The notes under the pieces are model-generated. The model was given only the letters and a program-made list of their open reading frames with translations, searched no databases and had not been told where the DNA came from. The position numbers and the translations under genes were made by a program. Below are positions 39,040 through 49,060 of a DNA stretch of 64,000 nt, piece after piece (position 1 is the stretch's first letter; every line of letters begins with the position of its first letter). Source of the DNA: Candidatus Bathyarchaeia archaeon (GTDB lineage Archaea; Thermoproteota; Bathyarchaeia; Bathyarchaeales; Bathycorpusculaceae); NCBI GenBank assembly GCA_050012255.1, contig JBEKHN010000006.1, positions 1 through 64,000 on the forward strand, given 5' to 3'.

Positions 39040-40386
39040 TTGACGAATCAATCATCATGTTGCCCGAGCATGCAACAAACATTTTTCGGCACCCTCAAGG
39101 TCATCGATAATATCATGACCGTGTTCCTCACAGATTTCATCGACAACGATTTTGCGATGAAGAGCCAAGACCACCGTGTGGCCGTTGCAGGATTCGTTGA
39201 CCACGATATTCCTCAACGATTGGCCTCGGCAGAAAGTTTCCTGAGCGGCGCTGACGCTTTTCTTAACAGATTCTCGCTTTCCCCTCCCGATGAACGTAAA
39301 GAGAAGATGAAACAGGAATTTGGGAATGATCTGGCCAATTTTCTTTTCATAAGCTCGGTCTTAAACTATGGCAACATAGGAACTTCTGAAACTCTTTTTC
39401 TGAATCTGATGGATTTGTATCGAAGATATCGGTTTCTTTTTCGGCCGAACGATCAGTTCTGGGTTAAGCTTCGACAGATGAATGCAGAGCAGTCAAAAAG
39501 AGTTATGGAGAGTCTTCTAGTCCCGTTGAGTGGGTTGTTCAGAACAGATTTCAGAAAAGTGATAGTCCCTAGTTGGACGGCCAGCATAAACTTCATTCGA
39601 AATGCCTGCGAGGGCGATTCCGGTAACCTATTCCATCATATCGCTAGATCCTTGATGATAAATGAAGATAATCCGTCGGCTCTTGCAATAATACAAGGTT
39701 TACTTAGTGGTAAAGGAAGAAACAGGGTCAAAAAGCAACTTGGCATGAATTTCGCGTTGGGACCCAAGACGGTTTTACTTCTATTGTCAGTAATGACGGA
39801 AAATCGCCGGGGATTCGGCGTTTTGAGAGGTGTGACGAGGGAGCAGATCAAAGAGTTGAAAGCCCCAGTAGACTCGGCCGTTGTCAGGGTGATGCTCAAT
39901 ACAGGCTTAGTCAAGATAACCTTTGTCAATCCAACACTAGCACAGGGGAAGCTTGCTAGGACAGATCTAACGGATGTCTGTCAGCGCGGAATGGACTTGT
40001 TAGCAGAAAGGCTAGGCATTCTGCCTATCGAATTAGATGAATACGTGTGGGCAATAGGGACGATACCGTGCAAGCATCGGGGTGCCTTCTGTTTCATCTG
40101 TCCGCTGACTGAAATCTGCGATTCTTGGAGGCAGGGATACGTAAGAGAAAGCAGTGGAGCTGAGTATCTCAATAGGTGCTTCTCGTTCGCAAGGCCGCAA
40201 ACAGAAAAGAATGCATTATACTTGCGAGGGTGTCAAACATGTCCTCAACAGTCATCTTGCATACTTATCGATGCCGAAAGGGGGATTCGGCATCCAAGAT
40301 ACGGGCCGGAGTATTTGTCGAGACGGTTTAGCAGTTTAGCCGAAAAATTGCTCCCAGAAGAACTTGAAAGGATCGTGACATCCTAG
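39040..40386 (+). CDS. Hypothetical HhH-glycosylase-like protein with Fe-S loop
   Basis: LGPKT...APVDSAVVRV...LDEYVWAIG..PC....CFICPL...C. Confidence 0.6.
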   Translation: MTNQSSCCPSMQQTFFGTLKVIDNIMTVFLTDFIDNDFAMKSQDHRVAVAGFVDHDIPQRLASAESFLSGADAFLNRFSLSPPDERKEKMKQEFGNDLANFLFISSVLNYGNIGTSETLFLNLMDLYRRYRFLFRPNDQFWVKLRQMNAEQSKRVMESLLVPLSGLFRTDFRKVIVPSWTASINFIRNACEGDSGNLFHHIARSLMINEDNPSALAIIQGLLSGKGRNRVKKQLGMNFALGPKTVLLLLSVMTENRRGFGVLRGVTREQIKELKAPVDSAVVRVMLNTGLVKITFVNPTLAQGKLARTDLTDVCQRGMDLLAERLGILPIELDEYVWAIGTIPCKHRGAFCFICPLTEICDSWRQGYVRESSGAEYLNRCFSFARPQTEKNALYLRGCQTCPQQSSCILIDAERGIRHPRYGPEYLSRRFSSLAEKLLPEELERIVTS

Positions 40387-40407
40387 CAATATTGAAGATG
40401 AATCGTT

Positions 40408-40686
40408 TCAGGTTATTTCTCCGCTATGAAAATCAAAATCGATTTTGCTTCGCACAATTCTGTAGCGTATATCCCTTTCTCTATTGTCATAGTATTTTTC
40501 CACAAGTCCTGCGGCCGCGAGTTTCTCGAGAGCCCTGTAGACGGATTCTCTGTACTTAATTTGGAATCCCCGTAGGTTAAGCTGGTCAAGAACCTCCCTA
40601 ACGGTCTTTGATTTAACTGCCAATATTTTGATGATTTCGATTCGTGTTCCGGAACTCAAAGCTGCGAATATTTTTTGCGGTTGCAT
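40408..40686 (-). CDS. ArsR-like wHTH regulator
   Basis: IFAALSSGTRIEII...VYRALEKLAAAGLV. Confidence 0.85.
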   Translation of the reverse strand: MQPQKIFAALSSGTRIEIIKILAVKSKTVREVLDQLNLRGFQIKYRESVYRALEKLAAAGLVEKYYDNRERDIRYRIVRSKIDFDFHSGEIT

Positions 40687-40801
40687 TGCATTTCTAGCAG
40701 AAGATTGCAGGATATATCACTTTGTTGCGTACTCAGACAACAAAGGCATTTCATTCTGGGTTAACAAAAGCAAGATGCTGTTGTAACGGCGACTACGAAG
40801 G

Positions 40802-41029
40802 ATGGAGAAGAAAATGCCATTTGAGAGCCTATCGCACAGACACACAGTCTCTATTGGAGACTTCCCCTCACAATGGCTTCCGTTTATCCATCTTTATGAC
40901 GCGGATCTCATCATGTTTCCACTTCAGTATTTTCATATCCTCTCTCCTGATCTCAAGGCGGGGCAGTCACCGGGAACGGATGACAGGGTCTTTGGCTACA
41001 TAGAGAGAACACGCTTTGTGGATTCACGA
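40802..41029 (+). pseudogene. Gene fragment ending at a (GC)5 tract
   Basis: ORF runs into GCGCGCGCGC (41030-39) and then into a repeat shared with 61420-61440. Confidence 0.45.
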
Positions 41030-41136
41030 GCGCGCGCGCTAACTTTTCCGCAAAACCAAATATGCCGAAGGCATTATGTCGAAAGTGCAGAACAGAAAAA
41101 CAAGTTCTTAATACCGAGTTGAATGCCTATTAAAGC

Positions 41137-41598
41137 TTAGAATTTTTTTCGGAAGCCGTTTGAGAGTTTGGGTCTTCCAGCTAAGTATCGATACAAGAGA
41201 TAAGTTTCCAATTTTGGGTCTTTGGACTCTGCGTTTATCATGTGAAGTAGCAGAAATAGTGCTGTATTTGGACTTTCGTTAGAGATAACGGCGAGAGTGC
41301 CGTCAATTATTATTCCTTTTTTTGTCAAGTCTGTATTAAAGAGAAGGTCGGTGTTCAGCATTGCCTCTCTTATTTTGTGGATTTCTTCATAATTTTGCGC
41401 TTTAGCTACTCGGATTATTTCAGACCTGATGTTATTCCAATTTTGCTTACTGACTATGGCAAACGCTGTTTTCCTATCTGAGGGGTATTGAGTATCAATC
41501 GCCTCCTTCACCCAGCTGACTACCTCTTCTGCTGAATGTTTCTCGAGGTTTTGAAGAGCTTTTATTTTCGTTTTCGCTTCTAAGTACATATCAGTCAT
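41137..41598 (-). CDS. Hypothetical protein
   Basis: 153-aa ORF. Confidence 0.6.
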   Translation of the reverse strand: MTDMYLEAKTKIKALQNLEKHSAEEVVSWVKEAIDTQYPSDRKTAFAIVSKQNWNNIRSEIIRVAKAQNYEEIHKIREAMLNTDLLFNTDLTKKGIIIDGTLAVISNESPNTALFLLLHMINAESKDPKLETYLLYRYLAGRPKLSNGFRKKF

Positions 41599-41797
41599 TT
41601 TGTCTTCCCAGCTATTTAGTATTGCAAGCGTTTAAGCGTTGTTTTTGTCAGCCATAAGGGTATAACGGAAGCGCGAGCACTTAGCCATCACCGAAAGTTG
41701 ACATGGAGAAGGTTTCACCGAAGACTTGACAGCTCCCGAGTCTAACAAAGACAGAAATCTTAAAACAGCATAGCAACAGAGGACAAGTGCAGAGATT

Positions 41798-42175
41798 ATG
41801 GAAATAACAGAAAAAGAAAGACTAATGCTCACTAAGAAAAAAGAGCTAATATGTGGATTAACGCTGAAAGTTTTGGATATGGCACATGACCCAGAATGTT
41901 CCTTAGAAATTAAGAAGACTGTGACAACTATATTATCAGAACTAAATACAATAGCATCTTATTCAAATTCCAAAAATCACGGTTTAGATAGATTTGAAGA
42001 CGGTGCCAATATAATTTTCAAACACTTTGACCTTAAAGAGTACGTTCTTGCCGAGTGTATGTGTGAAGTTTTCTGCAATGCGGTGAATTCCGTAAGATTC
42101 GATTTTACGAAGAAAGGGTTAAAGATACGCTTCCCTAAGATAAATCTCAATCTGGGTTTCATCACCAACAAGTAA
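41798..42175 (+). CDS. Hypothetical protein
   Basis: 125-aa ORF with flanks shared with 31347-31724. Confidence 0.6.
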   Translation: MEITEKERLMLTKKKELICGLTLKVLDMAHDPECSLEIKKTVTTILSELNTIASYSNSKNHGLDRFEDGANIIFKHFDLKEYVLAECMCEVFCNAVNSVRFDFTKKGLKIRFPKINLNLGFITNK

Positions 42176-42328
42176 CAAAAGGCTCTAGTCAAGCTGAAAG
42201 AGGGTTAATAGAAATCTTTAATCTGCACAACACCATAAGACAAACTAGAGGTTCAAAAATGACTCCACAAGTTCCGTCACCGTCAAAACGCTAAGGAGAA
42301 AGCCGATGCTAGAAGTCTGCGCGCGCGC

Positions 42329-42623
42329 TCATTATTTGAACTGAATCAGACGTTCTTTTCTGTGTTTGTTCATTATGCGAATTTGACCCTTCTTGACTCT
42401 TTGCATAACTTTCCATTATTCTCAATACGACTACTCCGAATGAATCTGGCTTCAATAAACTCCCAACGCCGAACACACCCAAAGCACCCGTAAAAACCGA
42501 AAGTGTGAGACTGGATATATTCCAACCATAATTGATTGCTAGGTAGCCCGCAAAAATCCCAAGTAAGATAGAACCCAGTAGGCAGATTGCTCCCCCAGCA
42601 TACACTTCTTCTCTTTTCTTGTA
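42329..42623 (-). pseudogene. Internal membrane-protein fragment bounded by (GC)n tracts on both sides
   Basis: Two TM helices, no own start or stop; tracts at 42319-28 and 42624-35. Confidence 0.6.
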
Positions 42624-42748
42624 GCGCGCGCGCGCTGACGTGTAGAATATCCTTAGTGTAGTGGTATTCCATTGTGGCCTTCCAATGTCGGAGGGTGTGG
42701 AAGAACATAAAAAAAGGGGAAACTCCGTATAAATTCGCGCTTGAGCGT

Positions 42749-42824
42749 TGGTAGCCCGGGAGAGATTCGAACTCTCGTCAGCGGCTCCAGAGGCCGCCAT
42801 GTTTGACCACTGCACCACCGGGCT
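42749..42824 (-). tRNA. tRNA-Gln(CTG)
   Basis: AGCCCGG...GCGGC CT CTG GA GCCGC...GTTCGAATC...CCGGGCT ACCA; 76 nt, encoded CCA. Confidence 0.95.
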
Positions 42825-42906
42825 TTGTCACAAAGGGATCAAACAATGAAGTTCGGGATAAATACTTTAGTGCGGAATGGGGAAGGATGAAAACAACGTG
42901 TGCTTC

Positions 42907-43110
42907 CTATTTTTGCTTCTTCAGCGTCTCTTCGATGCAGTGGCATTCTTGGGCGCCGGGGTACCATTCTTCGCAGCACCAAAGCGTTGACACTATTGCG
43001 TCTTGGTTCTTCAAGTATCGTCTGGTGCAGAACACTTGGCATGGGAAGTCGTAGGCGTTGTGGCTGGTGCAGTTTCCGCAGAATTTGTGTTTGGAAGGTT
43101 TCTTCTTCAT
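42907..43110 (-). CDS. Small Cys-rich hypothetical protein
   Basis: CGNC..H...C...CC...CHC; follows the dys stop. Confidence 0.65.
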   Translation of the reverse strand: MKKKPSKHKFCGNCTSHNAYDFPCQVFCTRRYLKNQDAIVSTLWCCEEWYPGAQECHCIEETLKKQK

Positions 43111-43117
43111 GCGGATT

Positions 43118-44140
43118 TCACTCCTTAACGATGGGGTCTTCGAATTTCACGTTCCGCGCTCGCTTGAAGTCTTTGCCGAGTCTCTCCACGACTGAGGCCA
43201 CGATCGTTGGGAAGACGATCATCGCGTCGCTGATGACCATTACTTTGTCTGCTTGACCCTTCAGCTTCCCCCAGCTGACGGTCTCTTCGAGTGTCGATCC
43301 TGAAAGCCCACCCGTTTCTGGGCGGTCCATAGTTATCACGACGGCGTAGTCTATGCCTGACTTTGTGGCCAGGGCTGCTGACTGTATGGTGTTTCTCGGC
43401 ACTCCACCGCCTATGACTATCATGCCGTTTCTGGAAGCGCCTCGACAGATGCTGATTATTTCCGACACGTCTTTGAAGCTGTCTACGACCAGCGTGTTCT
43501 TAAAAGCCCTGCGAGAGGCGTGGAGATGGTAGATGTAACCGAATTCTGAGTCGCGGACCGCTGGAATAAAAATTGGGGCTTTTGCTTCGTAGGCCGCGCG
43601 CAGAATCGAATTAGGGTCTTTGAGTCTTCTGCCCAGTTCCCAAGCAAAATCCCTCGAGGACAGAGGCTTCCCCTTGGATTCTGTGGCCATCTGGTCGTAT
43701 ATTTTCACGAGCTCACAGTCGAGTTTTATGAAGTCTTCCTCTGGGACGAAGACGTCGTATATGCGGTAGGTATGGTTTTTGTAGAGCATGTAATCGTCTA
43801 CAAACCAGTGTCCTTTGTAGTGGTGGCCTCCTATGGCTTCTAAGGCGTCGTGAACCATGTTTGCTCCCGTTGTTACGAGGACGTCGATGAGGTTTTCACG
43901 AATCATGTCTGCAATCAGCGAGCGCATGCCTGCTGGAACCATGGCTCCTGCTAGGGCTAAGAAAACCGTGCAATCGTCGTCCCGAACCATGCGCTCGTAG
44001 ATGTCGCATGCCGTTGAAACTCTTCCTGCCCCGAAGGATCCCGAGTTTTGAAACTGTCGAACGAGCTGGTCTACGGTGAGTCTTCCCCTGATTCTCATGT
44101 GTTTCACTTGCTCGCGAAGGATCTCTTTCCTCTGCATCAA
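43118..44140 (-). CDS. dys: Deoxyhypusine synthase
   Basis: VTTGANMVHD, GGGVPRN, GGLSGSTLEETVSWGK. Confidence 0.92.
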   Translation of the reverse strand: MMQRKEILREQVKHMRIRGRLTVDQLVRQFQNSGSFGAGRVSTACDIYERMVRDDDCTVFLALAGAMVPAGMRSLIADMIRENLIDVLVTTGANMVHDALEAIGGHHYKGHWFVDDYMLYKNHTYRIYDVFVPEEDFIKLDCELVKIYDQMATESKGKPLSSRDFAWELGRRLKDPNSILRAAYEAKAPIFIPAVRDSEFGYIYHLHASRRAFKNTLVVDSFKDVSEIISICRGASRNGMIVIGGGVPRNTIQSAALATKSGIDYAVVITMDRPETGGLSGSTLEETVSWGKLKGQADKVMVISDAMIVFPTIVASVVERLGKDFKRARNVKFEDPIVKE

Positions 44141-44259
44141 AATACACGCTCAGAATCTCACTCTTTGGTTGACTAAGAAGAAATATTTTGCTGTGCTGCT
44201 GCGTTAGTGAAGATTGAGATTAGAGGGGGACAGATTCTGCGTCTGAGATGAGAGTTGGC

Positions 44260-44727
44260 TCATTTGACAACCAAGACTGGGCAGTGTGCGTTTTTTATGA
44301 CGCCTTCGCTGACGCTTCCCATGAGAAGCTCTCTTATCCTGCTTATGCCTCTGGCACCCATAACTATCAAGTCGAACTCTCCTTCTTTTGCCAGTGCGAC
44401 GGTTTCCTGCACGGTGTTTCCTTCCCTGAGAGTAGTTTCGACCCTAACGTTTGCAGACTTGGCTTTCTGCTCACCCTCTGTTAGAATTCTGTTACCAACC
44501 ATGCGTGCGGCCTCGACTATCTTCGCGACTTCTGCGGAGGTTACAACGGGAACTCCTGCTGGGGTCAGAGTAGTCGGTTCAGGAGCAATCACAGCTGGCA
44601 CAGTGACAGAGTAAACATGGAGTAGCGTCATCTTTGCGCCAAATTTCTTGGCGATTTGAGTTGCAGTTTCTAAGGCTCTCTCTGAATGTTCTGAACCGTC
44701 TAAAAGGACCAAAACCTTCTCAAACAT
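44260..44727 (-). CDS. Universal stress protein
   Basis: DGSEHS...DLIVMGARG...GSVSEGV...CPVLVVK. Confidence 0.93.
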   Translation of the reverse strand: MFEKVLVLLDGSEHSERALETATQIAKKFGAKMTLLHVYSVTVPAVIAPEPTTLTPAGVPVVTSAEVAKIVEAARMVGNRILTEGEQKAKSANVRVETTLREGNTVQETVALAKEGEFDLIVMGARGISRIRELLMGSVSEGVIKNAHCPVLVVK

Positions 44728-44827
44728 TTTGGCTGCTCCCGCACAGAAACTGCTGTACAGTTTCAGATATAACCTTTGAATTCTTTTAAACTAGGCGTTA
44801 TGGCGGGCTTAAGGTTTGGGTTTTTTG

Positions 44828-45061
44828 TTAGAGTAGGGCGAAGCTTGTTGACTTTATTCTTCCCTTGGTGTCAACGATAACTTCGAACCTCTCAGCCCAT
44901 GGGTGTCCTTCCAGGTCTATTGGGCACGTGCCCCGGATTACCCAGATGTCGTTGTTGTGGTCGACTCCGGATACTTCCACGTTGGGGGTGTTCTTCCTTT
45001 TCTTTAGAAAATCAATCGCTATCTGCTGGGCTGATTCTACGCTGATGCTCTTTTCCTTCAC
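44828..45061 (-). CDS. Hypothetical protein
   Basis: 77-aa ORF, PepSY-like pattern. Confidence 0.6.
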   Translation of the reverse strand: MKEKSISVESAQQIAIDFLKKRKNTPNVEVSGVDHNNDIWVIRGTCPIDLEGHPWAERFEVIVDTKGRIKSTSFALL

Positions 45062-45248
45062 CGCGTTTCCTCCGAAGCGTTGGTTTCACTATCTTCATGA
45101 GCGGCATAAAAAGGGTTATGAACGAGGAATATTTAGCGAAAATAAGTGCGACTGGAGTGGCAATGTGTTTCTGCTTATGCTTCGATAGGTTCAAATCAGC
45201 AGACGCTTATCGTAGAATTGATGCAGTTCTGGCTGGAAAAGGAATGTC

Positions 45249-46322
45249 ATGAGCGAAAGGAAGAGGATAATATTCCATTTGGACATGGACCATTTTTTCT
45301 CGGCGGTTGAGGAGGGGGAGCATCCGGAGCTCAAGGGTAAGCCTGTCATTGTTGGGGCTGCCCCCCTGGGTGGAAAGGGCAGAGGGGTTGTGAGCACTAG
45401 TAACTACGAGGCTAGGAAGTTCGGAGTGAGGTCGGGTATGCCTATTTCTAGGGCTTGGAAGCTTTGTCCACAGGGGGTCTATTTGCCTGTCAATTATGAG
45501 CTGTATGCAAGGGTCTCTAACGAGATAATGGATATTCTGCGGAAATACGCTGACAAGTTTGAACAGTGGGGTATCGACGAAGCCTTCCTTGATGTGTCCT
45601 CAAGAGTGAGAGATTATGCGGAAGCGGGAGCTTTGGCACGGGAGATAAAGAGGAAAATCTACGAGAACGAAGGGCTGACTTGCTCGATAGGGGTAAGCTC
45701 AAACAAGCTCGTCGCCAAAATAGTCAGCGAAGCCCAGAAGCCCGACGGTCTGACAATTGTCAGGGAGGAGGCTGTTGAAAAGTTTCTTGCTCCTCTTCCA
45801 GTTCGGAGGTTGCTGGGCGTCGGAAGGAAGACTGGGCAGATACTCGAAGAGATGGGCATAAAGACCATTGAAGACCTAGCTCATTTTGACCCTGCGGTCT
45901 TGGCTGAATCTTTCGGTGTCATGGGCACTCAGCTTTACCTTATGGCTCATGGGATTGATAGAAGTGAGGTTGAGGAAAGAAGTGAGGTCAAATCCATCGG
46001 GCGAGACGTGACTTTTCCGGAGGATACCGACGACTTCGGCTATGTTTTGAATACTTTGTACGGGCTTTCTGAGGAGGTGAGCAGGAACGTTTTGGACCAG
46101 CGGCTTTACTTTAAGACGGTAACGGTTAGGGTGCGTTACGAGAATTTTGAAACGCACACACATGGCAAGACCCTGCCTTTCATGACAGACCGTTTGCAGG
46201 ATTTGAAGAAAGCCTCTGGGGAACTGATGCAATCTTATCTTAAACCTAGCAGGAAAGTCAGGCTCGTCGGCGTCAGAGTGTCCAGTCTTGTTTCGGGTTT
46301 CAAGCAGAAGAAGCTGCTCTAG
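45249..46322 (+). CDS. dinB: Y-family DNA polymerase IV (DinB/Dpo4)
   Basis: HLDMDHFF, YEARKFGVRSGM, GIDEAFLD, KPDG. Confidence 0.95.
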   Translation: MSERKRIIFHLDMDHFFSAVEEGEHPELKGKPVIVGAAPLGGKGRGVVSTSNYEARKFGVRSGMPISRAWKLCPQGVYLPVNYELYARVSNEIMDILRKYADKFEQWGIDEAFLDVSSRVRDYAEAGALAREIKRKIYENEGLTCSIGVSSNKLVAKIVSEAQKPDGLTIVREEAVEKFLAPLPVRRLLGVGRKTGQILEEMGIKTIEDLAHFDPAVLAESFGVMGTQLYLMAHGIDRSEVEERSEVKSIGRDVTFPEDTDDFGYVLNTLYGLSEEVSRNVLDQRLYFKTVTVRVRYENFETHTHGKTLPFMTDRLQDLKKASGELMQSYLKPSRKVRLVGVRVSSLVSGFKQKKLL

Positions 46323-46463
46323 TCCGCTGTGGGCTGATGGGAACTATCTTTCATGTGGGAGCAGGATCTGGACTTTGCGATCTGGCCAACAATAGTTATT
46401 AATAAGACATTTGAGAAATTCTGTGCGTTCAGATTATAGAGCGAAGGCGAAAGGGTAAGGAAG

Positions 46464-48029
46464 ATGCCGGCTAAGTCGGGCGTGAAGGTTGTGCTGACTG
46501 CTTCAGCGACGGAGATGAGTGACTTTGCCGATAATCCCTTTGTTGCCTTCGCAGGTGGTTTTGCCAAGGGACCAGTGCCTTTGTGGTTTTTGAGGAGAGC
46601 ATTGTACCCACCGGTCGAACGGAATGACGGTGACGGAAGGGCAAAGTATGCGCCCTACGGTTTAAGGAAGGTTGAAGCTCTGCTCTTGCAGAATGGTTTT
46701 GAAGAGTCAGAAGTGGCGGTCGTTCATCCGAGCAACCTTGACGAGTTCGTTGGGCCGAACACGAAGGTCGTAGGCATAACTTCCATGGACCCCACTGGAA
46801 TGGCATACGTTAGCAAGACATATTCTTCAATAGTCGGCGGTGGAGAGCCGATGAACGCTATTGAATTCAAAAAGCTGATCAAGCACAGGAGTATCCGAAG
46901 ATATAGGCCTAAGGTGATCGTTGGAGGCTTCGGGTCTTGGCAGCTGGAACGGAAGAGAGTGGCTGAAAGATACGGTGTGGACTGCGTGGTCATCGGTGAG
47001 GGGGAAACGGCTGTCACAAATGTTTTCAAGAAGGCCGTGAACGGTGAACCCGTTCCCCGCGTCGTTCGTGTCAGGAGCAGCGTTGAATGTGACAAAGTGC
47101 CGCTTATCAGGCATCCAGCGATCCACGGCTGCGTGGAAATCTCCAGAGGCTGCGGTAGAAATTGCCAGTTCTGCACTCCTACGATGCAGAAAAAGCGGGA
47201 TGTGCCGCTGGAAAGGATACTGAAGGAAGTTGAAGTCACTACAAAGGGAGGATCCCCTCGTATCACGCTGGTGACTGAGGACCTTTTCCTTTATGGTTCG
47301 AAGGATCCTGGTTTTGTACCAAACAGAGAGGCTGTTGTGAGGCTGGTTAGGAGCGTGGCGTCGGTTCCAGGGGTCAAGGCTGTGCAGCCGTCGCACAGTT
47401 CTTTGGCTCCCGTTGTTGCTGACCCTGCGATGGTCAAGGAAGTTGCTGACGTTCTGATTGAGCACAACTGGTATTATCACGGGAAAAAGAGGATTGTGAC
47501 TTCTGAAGTGGGGTTGGAGACTGGCAGCGTTAGGCTCATGCGGAAGTACATGGCTGGGAAGATGCTTCCCTTCAAGCCTGAGCAGTGGAAGGAAGTCGTG
47601 GCTCAATCCTTTGGAATAATGAATGATAACGACTGGTACCCTCTTGCCACGCTGATAATTGGGCTCCCAGATGAACGTGAAGAAGATGTTTTGGAGACGC
47701 TTGGACTGATGGATGACCTGAGGGATTACAGCGCCTTCTATGTTCCTCTGTTCTTTGTTCCCCTAGAGAATTGTCTCCTGATGAACGGGCGTGGAGCGGA
47801 GCTTGATTCTCTCACGAAGGCGCGGTGGGAGCTTTTCGCGCGTTCCTGGGAATACAACGTCAGGATATGGGGAGACACTTTCTTGCAGCACAGGATTCCG
47901 AACCCGCTGCTCTTCAAGCTCGTGAAGAGGGTGGCGATCCCCTTCGGCGGCAAAGTTGCAGGATTATATTATGGAATGAAGCACGGCGAAGAAATGGAGA
48001 AGGCCATCTGGCGGATGGCAAACGCCTGA
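46464..48029 (+). CDS. Radical SAM protein (B12-binding-like N-terminus)
   Basis: APYGLRKVEA, EISRGCGRNCQFC. Confidence 0.88.
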   Translation: MPAKSGVKVVLTASATEMSDFADNPFVAFAGGFAKGPVPLWFLRRALYPPVERNDGDGRAKYAPYGLRKVEALLLQNGFEESEVAVVHPSNLDEFVGPNTKVVGITSMDPTGMAYVSKTYSSIVGGGEPMNAIEFKKLIKHRSIRRYRPKVIVGGFGSWQLERKRVAERYGVDCVVIGEGETAVTNVFKKAVNGEPVPRVVRVRSSVECDKVPLIRHPAIHGCVEISRGCGRNCQFCTPTMQKKRDVPLERILKEVEVTTKGGSPRITLVTEDLFLYGSKDPGFVPNREAVVRLVRSVASVPGVKAVQPSHSSLAPVVADPAMVKEVADVLIEHNWYYHGKKRIVTSEVGLETGSVRLMRKYMAGKMLPFKPEQWKEVVAQSFGIMNDNDWYPLATLIIGLPDEREEDVLETLGLMDDLRDYSAFYVPLFFVPLENCLLMNGRGAELDSLTKARWELFARSWEYNVRIWGDTFLQHRIPNPLLFKLVKRVAIPFGGKVAGLYYGMKHGEEMEKAIWRMANA

Positions 48030-48039
48030 CTTTTGATCA

Positions 48040-48312
48040 CTATTTTGGTTTTTTCTTCTTTGCTCGTCGAATCTCGAACACGACGGGGTTCTCGCCGTCT
48101 GGGCACGCGTTGAAGATGACGTCTTTGTCTTCAGCCCAAGGAAAATCGGCGTCGTAACGCATCGCGTAGACTTTTGGAAGCAGAACCATCAAGGCGCTGT
48201 AGCAGATGTCTCCTTTGACGGTTCTCCCGTCGAAGACAATCTTATCGCCGACTCTGTGTCCGAAGTTGCACTTCCCTTTCTGACTCTTCACTGTCACTTC
48301 GACGACAGACAT
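48040..48312 (-). CDS. TIGR04076-like Cys-containing protein
   Basis: GKCNFGHRVGD...IC...CPDGENPVVFEI. Confidence 0.8.
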   Translation of the reverse strand: MSVVEVTVKSQKGKCNFGHRVGDKIVFDGRTVKGDICYSALMVLLPKVYAMRYDADFPWAEDKDVIFNACPDGENPVVFEIRRAKKKKPK

Positions 48313-48325
48313 GCTTGTTCACCCA

Positions 48326-48652
48326 TTATTCTCCAACTGCCTCTGGGTATTTCTCTCTTATCTCTTCGTCTGCTATCTTCGCGATCATCGCGCTAGAGAT
48401 GAGCACGTGTTTGACCCCTCTGAGGGCAGCCAAGTCTGCGGGTTTCTGGTCCTGTGTGACCAGCAAGAGGTTGTTTCTTCTCGCGAACTCGACTATGTCC
48501 TTGTCTTTCGCTCCTTTCAGGCCAACATTCTGTGCGGTCACTGCTTCCCAGCCTAGGGTTTCAAAGTACTCTTTCAAGCCTGCGTACATTTCGTCGAGCA
48601 GAAGCTTCAATCCTGCCGCCTCTTCGGTCGGTCTTAGATGTGCAGTGTTCAC
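48326..48652 (-). CDS. DUF5615 PIN-like protein
   Basis: LLLDEM...KDKDIVEFA...LVTQD; start uncertain. Confidence 0.8.
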   Translation of the reverse strand: MNTAHLRPTEEAAGLKLLLDEMYAGLKEYFETLGWEAVTAQNVGLKGAKDKDIVEFARRNNLLLVTQDQKPADLAALRGVKHVLISSAMIAKIADEEIREKYPEAVGE

Positions 48653-49060
48653 CTATTTAGACGCTTCCACAAGTCTTGGCTGACGCTACATCCCTGTATT
48701 CGCGTTTTGACCCCGTCTATTCCACCCTCCCCCTCCCCCCTAGGGTACTAGTACTGCACGTAGGCTTTCGTGAAGGCCCTAGTGGATTGGCGTGGGTCCG
48801 AGGCCAGGTGTGTGCGGAAGGCTTCGCAGAGGGTCTTGGCAAGGGTCGTAACTTTTCAATGCACTCCAACATCAAGCCGCTTACTGGTTTCAGCTGCCCC
48901 GCGCAGACCTTGCCGACACGCCTGTCCCTCCCCTCCAGGGTGCCCGTTCTTACTAGACTATATCGAAGAAACTGCCGCATCCGGCCTCTTCTGCTGTTTC
49001 GGCCGCTGGGAGAAAAGTCTTTAGGACGACAGGGGTTACGTAAGCTTGAGGTTGTAACGT

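Larger units (their letters stand above)
4352..42765. mobile_element. Integrated element 1 (~38.4 kb) in tRNA-Gln(CTG)
   Basis: 17-bp att direct repeats, adjacent tyrosine integrase, MCM-like helicase, accessory and defence cargo. Confidence 0.88.
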
